A stretch of DNA of 64,000 nucleotides, from assembly GCA_964397565.1 (NCBI GenBank), contig CAYNJC010000007.1, positions 5,005 to 69,004 on the forward strand, in the 5' to 3' direction. Shown in pieces: positions 61,780 to 64,000 of the stretch (its first letter is position 1; each line of letters opens with the position of its first letter). A model generated the notes under the pieces. That model saw nothing but the letters and a program-made list of their open reading frames with translations, did not search any database and had not been told where the DNA came from. Both the position numbers and the translations under genes were made by a program. Origin of the DNA: an uncultured bacterium. GTDB taxonomy: Bacteria; Auribacterota; UBA3054; JAPLST01.

Positions 61780-63213
61780 CTATGCCGCGGTCGCACGCTG
61801 ACGCGCAACACTGCGGGCACGCAGGATGCCCAGCCAGCCCGCCACGATGAAGCCGACAAACACTGCCGCCGCAACGATGCCGAAGGAAACATGAAAACCG
61901 CGCAGCGACGGATCGGACGTTGCATCTAAAATAAAGGTTCCGGCGGCGGTGGGACATAGGTGTGAGAAGAGTGTTTCAATGACCAATACGCCGAGTAATT
62001 GCGCGGTGCCGCTCACGGTGGACATGGTGGCGGCGCCAGTGCCGGTGCTGTCGCGCGGCACCGCGCACATGATCATTTCAAGGCAGGGCGCATAAAAGAG
62101 CGCGGTGCCAATGCCGACCAACGCGTAAAACAGACAAATAATCCAGGGGGCCACTGGGCCCGGCACCATGACAAAGCAAGCAATACCGCCTGCTTCCAGC
62201 ATCATACCGGATGCGATGAATACCATGGGGCGCGTGCGCACCAGCAAGGAATTTGCCGTGCTGGTCAACAGCATGGCGATCGGCTCAAACATTTGCACGA
62301 AGCCGACCAGCATCAAGGAAAAGCCCACGCATCTGGTGAGGAACAACGGATACAGAAAATCCGCGCCGGCCAGGCACAAGGTATAGACAAACATGCAGAT
62401 GTTACCAAACAGAAAGGCCGGATGCTTGAACAAACTAAAGTCAAGAATCTTATGTCGTGTAGTGAAGCGCCGCTGCACGATGAACAACCAGCAGGCCAGT
62501 GCGGCACCCGCGGCGCTAGCGAGGATGGGGCCTGAGGTCCAGCCCCATTCATCGCCTTGGTTCAAGGTTAGAATCACGCCGCCAATGCACAGGGCAAGCA
62601 GCGTGATCCCCGGCCAGTTGAGCCGCTGCGTCTGCCGCGCCGCATCCCGCGACATACCGATGGATGCGATCCATCCCAGTACACAGACTGGCAGGCCGGC
62701 CAGGAAGATCCAACGCCAGCCGAAAAAGTGGCAGGTCAAGCCGCCCAGCGGCGGCGCAATACAATACGCCAGCATCGGCGCCATGGCGACGATCATATAA
62801 TTGCGCGTGGATTGGTCATCACTGACCCGCGCACTAGCCGGGGCACACACGCACAGCATGGCAGAGCCAATACCTTGCACACATCGCCCCAGCAGCAGCA
62901 CGCTCATGGTTGTGGAACAGGCGCAGACCAGCGCGCCGGCGGCAAAGGCGGCCAGGCCGCAGCGCATGGTCGTGCGGCAGCCCCACCACTCAACGAGCTG
63001 GCCGGCCAAGGGCACCAGTGCGGAGCAGACAAAGAGATACAGGATAATAACCAGCGAGCTGATGGAAAGCGTGGTCTGGAAATCACGCAGCAACACGGGG
63101 ATAAGCAAGACCATTACCGCTTCATCAAACGCAATCAAAAAGGGACCCAGCGCCAATGCTGTATCGAGCAGAATGACGCGCGACACGTTAGGTGAAGTAG
63201 TTCCGTTTTTCAT
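61780..63213 (-). CDS. MFS transporter, 14-TM DHA2 (EmrB/QacA)-like
   Basis: 477 aa with about 14 hydrophobic segments. An MFS motif-A-like segment PLAGQLVEWWGCRTTMRCG lies after TM2. Confidence 0.75.
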   Translation of the reverse strand: MKNGTTSPNVSRVILLDTALALGPFLIAFDEAVMVLLIPVLLRDFQTTLSISSLVIILYLFVCSALVPLAGQLVEWWGCRTTMRCGLAAFAAGALVCACSTTMSVLLLGRCVQGIGSAMLCVCAPASARVSDDQSTRNYMIVAMAPMLAYCIAPPLGGLTCHFFGWRWIFLAGLPVCVLGWIASIGMSRDAARQTQRLNWPGITLLALCIGGVILTLNQGDEWGWTSGPILASAAGAALACWLFIVQRRFTTRHKILDFSLFKHPAFLFGNICMFVYTLCLAGADFLYPLFLTRCVGFSLMLVGFVQMFEPIAMLLTSTANSLLVRTRPMVFIASGMMLEAGGIACFVMVPGPVAPWIICLFYALVGIGTALFYAPCLEMIMCAVPRDSTGTGAATMSTVSGTAQLLGVLVIETLFSHLCPTAAGTFILDATSDPSLRGFHVSFGIVAAAVFVGFIVAGWLGILRARSVARQRATAA

Positions 63214-63389
63214 TTTATAATACTACCATTTCTGCGTCGCTACAACAACTATAATCTGCCGATGCACGGTAGTTCGCTATAGCGGGATGGCACAGTTATC
63301 TACCGGCACTGCTGCGCCTGCCTGTGGTCGCGGCGCTCTGAACCGCGTCTGCGCTGCCGCAGTCGTAGAAGCGGCTTCTTACCACTTTT

Positions 63390-63398
63390 TGCTATACT
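63390..63398 (+). promoter_or_regulatory. putative extended -10 (TGCTATACT)
   Basis: TGCTATACT, 56 nt upstream of ATG 63454. Confidence 0.35.
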
Positions 63399-63453
63399 AA
63401 TCAGTTATGATTGATACGAATGCACTACCTAACATACCCGCTGCGATCTGCGT

Positions 63454-64000
63454 ATGTTTGTGATTCAAGCCCAGTGGGAGCCGGCCACGCGCACGCTCGA
63501 GTTGTGGGCCGAGTCATCGGATTTGCTGTCGGCCATTGAACGGGGCGGGCGGATGTCACCGGGCACATCGCGCGCGGCGCGCGGCACGTTGCCACATCCG
63601 TTTGCCGCGCCAGCTGCAGTGCTTGAAACCGTGTTGTGGAATGTCCTGCCGCACCTGCCAAGGCAACGCGGGCTGCTGCGCCTGCGCGAAATCTGGCTGC
63701 CCACGGACGGTGCGGCGATTATGCCGTCGGCGGATTTGCGTGCAGTACCGGACGCAACGACCGGCGCGGCTCACACGCTCAGCTTGCGCCGCGTGACCGT
63801 GCCGGCGTATCGCGTGCGCATGGAGCATCTGACGCTGCTTGAACAGTTGCTCGAGCCGGCGCCGGAGGAATGTGTGTATGGCACAACGCTGCAAGGCTGG
63901 CGCTCAGGCGTGCAATTGGCGCGGGCCATGGTGGCACGCGGGCGGCTGATCCCGGCCCTGTCGCAGGAAACGAACGGTGACGGGACGGCAGCGGCGTGTG
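63454..64000 (+). CDS. hypothetical protein, N-terminal part only (runs off window); possibly the N-terminal accessory region of an SNF2-family helicase
   Basis: Not in the ORF track (no stop in window). ATG 63454: MFVIQAQWEPATRTLELWAESSDLLSAIERGG...LRLREIWLPTDGAAIMPSADL...LSLRRVTVPAYRVRMEHLTLLEQL, open to position 64000. The pattern (W....L.LWAE; later L.LP......P.PS) recalls bacterial SNF2 helicase N-termini. The function call is weak. Confidence 0.45.
   Translation, partial: MFVIQAQWEPATRTLELWAESSDLLSAIERGGRMSPGTSRAARGTLPHPFAAPAAVLETVLWNVLPHLPRQRGLLRLREIWLPTDGAAIMPSADLRAVPDATTGAAHTLSLRRVTVPAYRVRMEHLTLLEQLLEPAPEECVYGTTLQGWRSGVQLARAMVARGRLIPALSQETNGDGTAAAC

Overview
This is a GC-rich bacterial chromosomal segment (roughly 60-65% GC by eye, not computed). 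It holds about 55 protein genes and one tRNA. It is almost gap-free, and many neighbouring genes share 4-nt ATGA/GTGA start-stop overlaps.

Housekeeping backbone: a partial mtlD-like gene, a TrpB2-type tryptophan synthase beta, rnfD-G-E-A, folK, a DapL-type aminotransferase, bioA, ligA, tRNA-Leu(UAG), nifU-nifS, an rlmI-like methyltransferase and purL.

Accessory content:
- Four PEP-CTERM (exosortase-sorted) proteins: one frameshifted, one an unannotated 57-aa mini-protein, and one an M14 carboxypeptidase.
- A membrane-anchored GH36-like glycosidase.
- A predicted pseudokinase-TM-2xLysM protein.
- A NapH/CcoG-like polyferredoxin membrane cluster.
- A long, translationally coupled + strand block at 39.3-51.8 kb. 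It encodes a PEP-CTERM protein, duplicated PF04392-type ABC binding proteins, a GNAT, a 416-aa STAS-domain protein, a permease and an ATPase. A Cache histidine kinase, a receiver-PP2C phosphatase, a STAS antagonist and an RsbW-like kinase follow directly, with no sigma factor in sight. This block is my best candidate for an undescribed system.

Most unusual non-genic signals:
- A dispersed family of modular short repeats: an H palindrome GTCCCGCCANCGGCGGGAT, AAACTGAAAAC arrays and GGTGCGTC arrays. One composite copy sits in-frame inside the rlmI-like gene, and another supplies the 5' end of a 1300-aa TPR protein next to the tRNA.
- A four-helix-bundle (IVS-protein/Avd superfamily) gene cassette, bounded by inverted repeats, that separates rnfE from rnfA.
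- A probable decayed diversity-generating retroelement: an FGE/C-lectin-type target with an NNC-codon C-terminus, a hairpin and a 29-codon Avd-like fragment, but no RT or TR.
- A collinear relic of an old tandem duplication at 41.29-41.47 kb.

Limits: all functional calls come from motif recognition by eye, because no database search was possible. Many long ORFs in the supplied track are antisense shadows typical of high-GC DNA and were rejected. The lineage cannot be assigned from this window. PEP-CTERM usage implies an exosortase encoded elsewhere.
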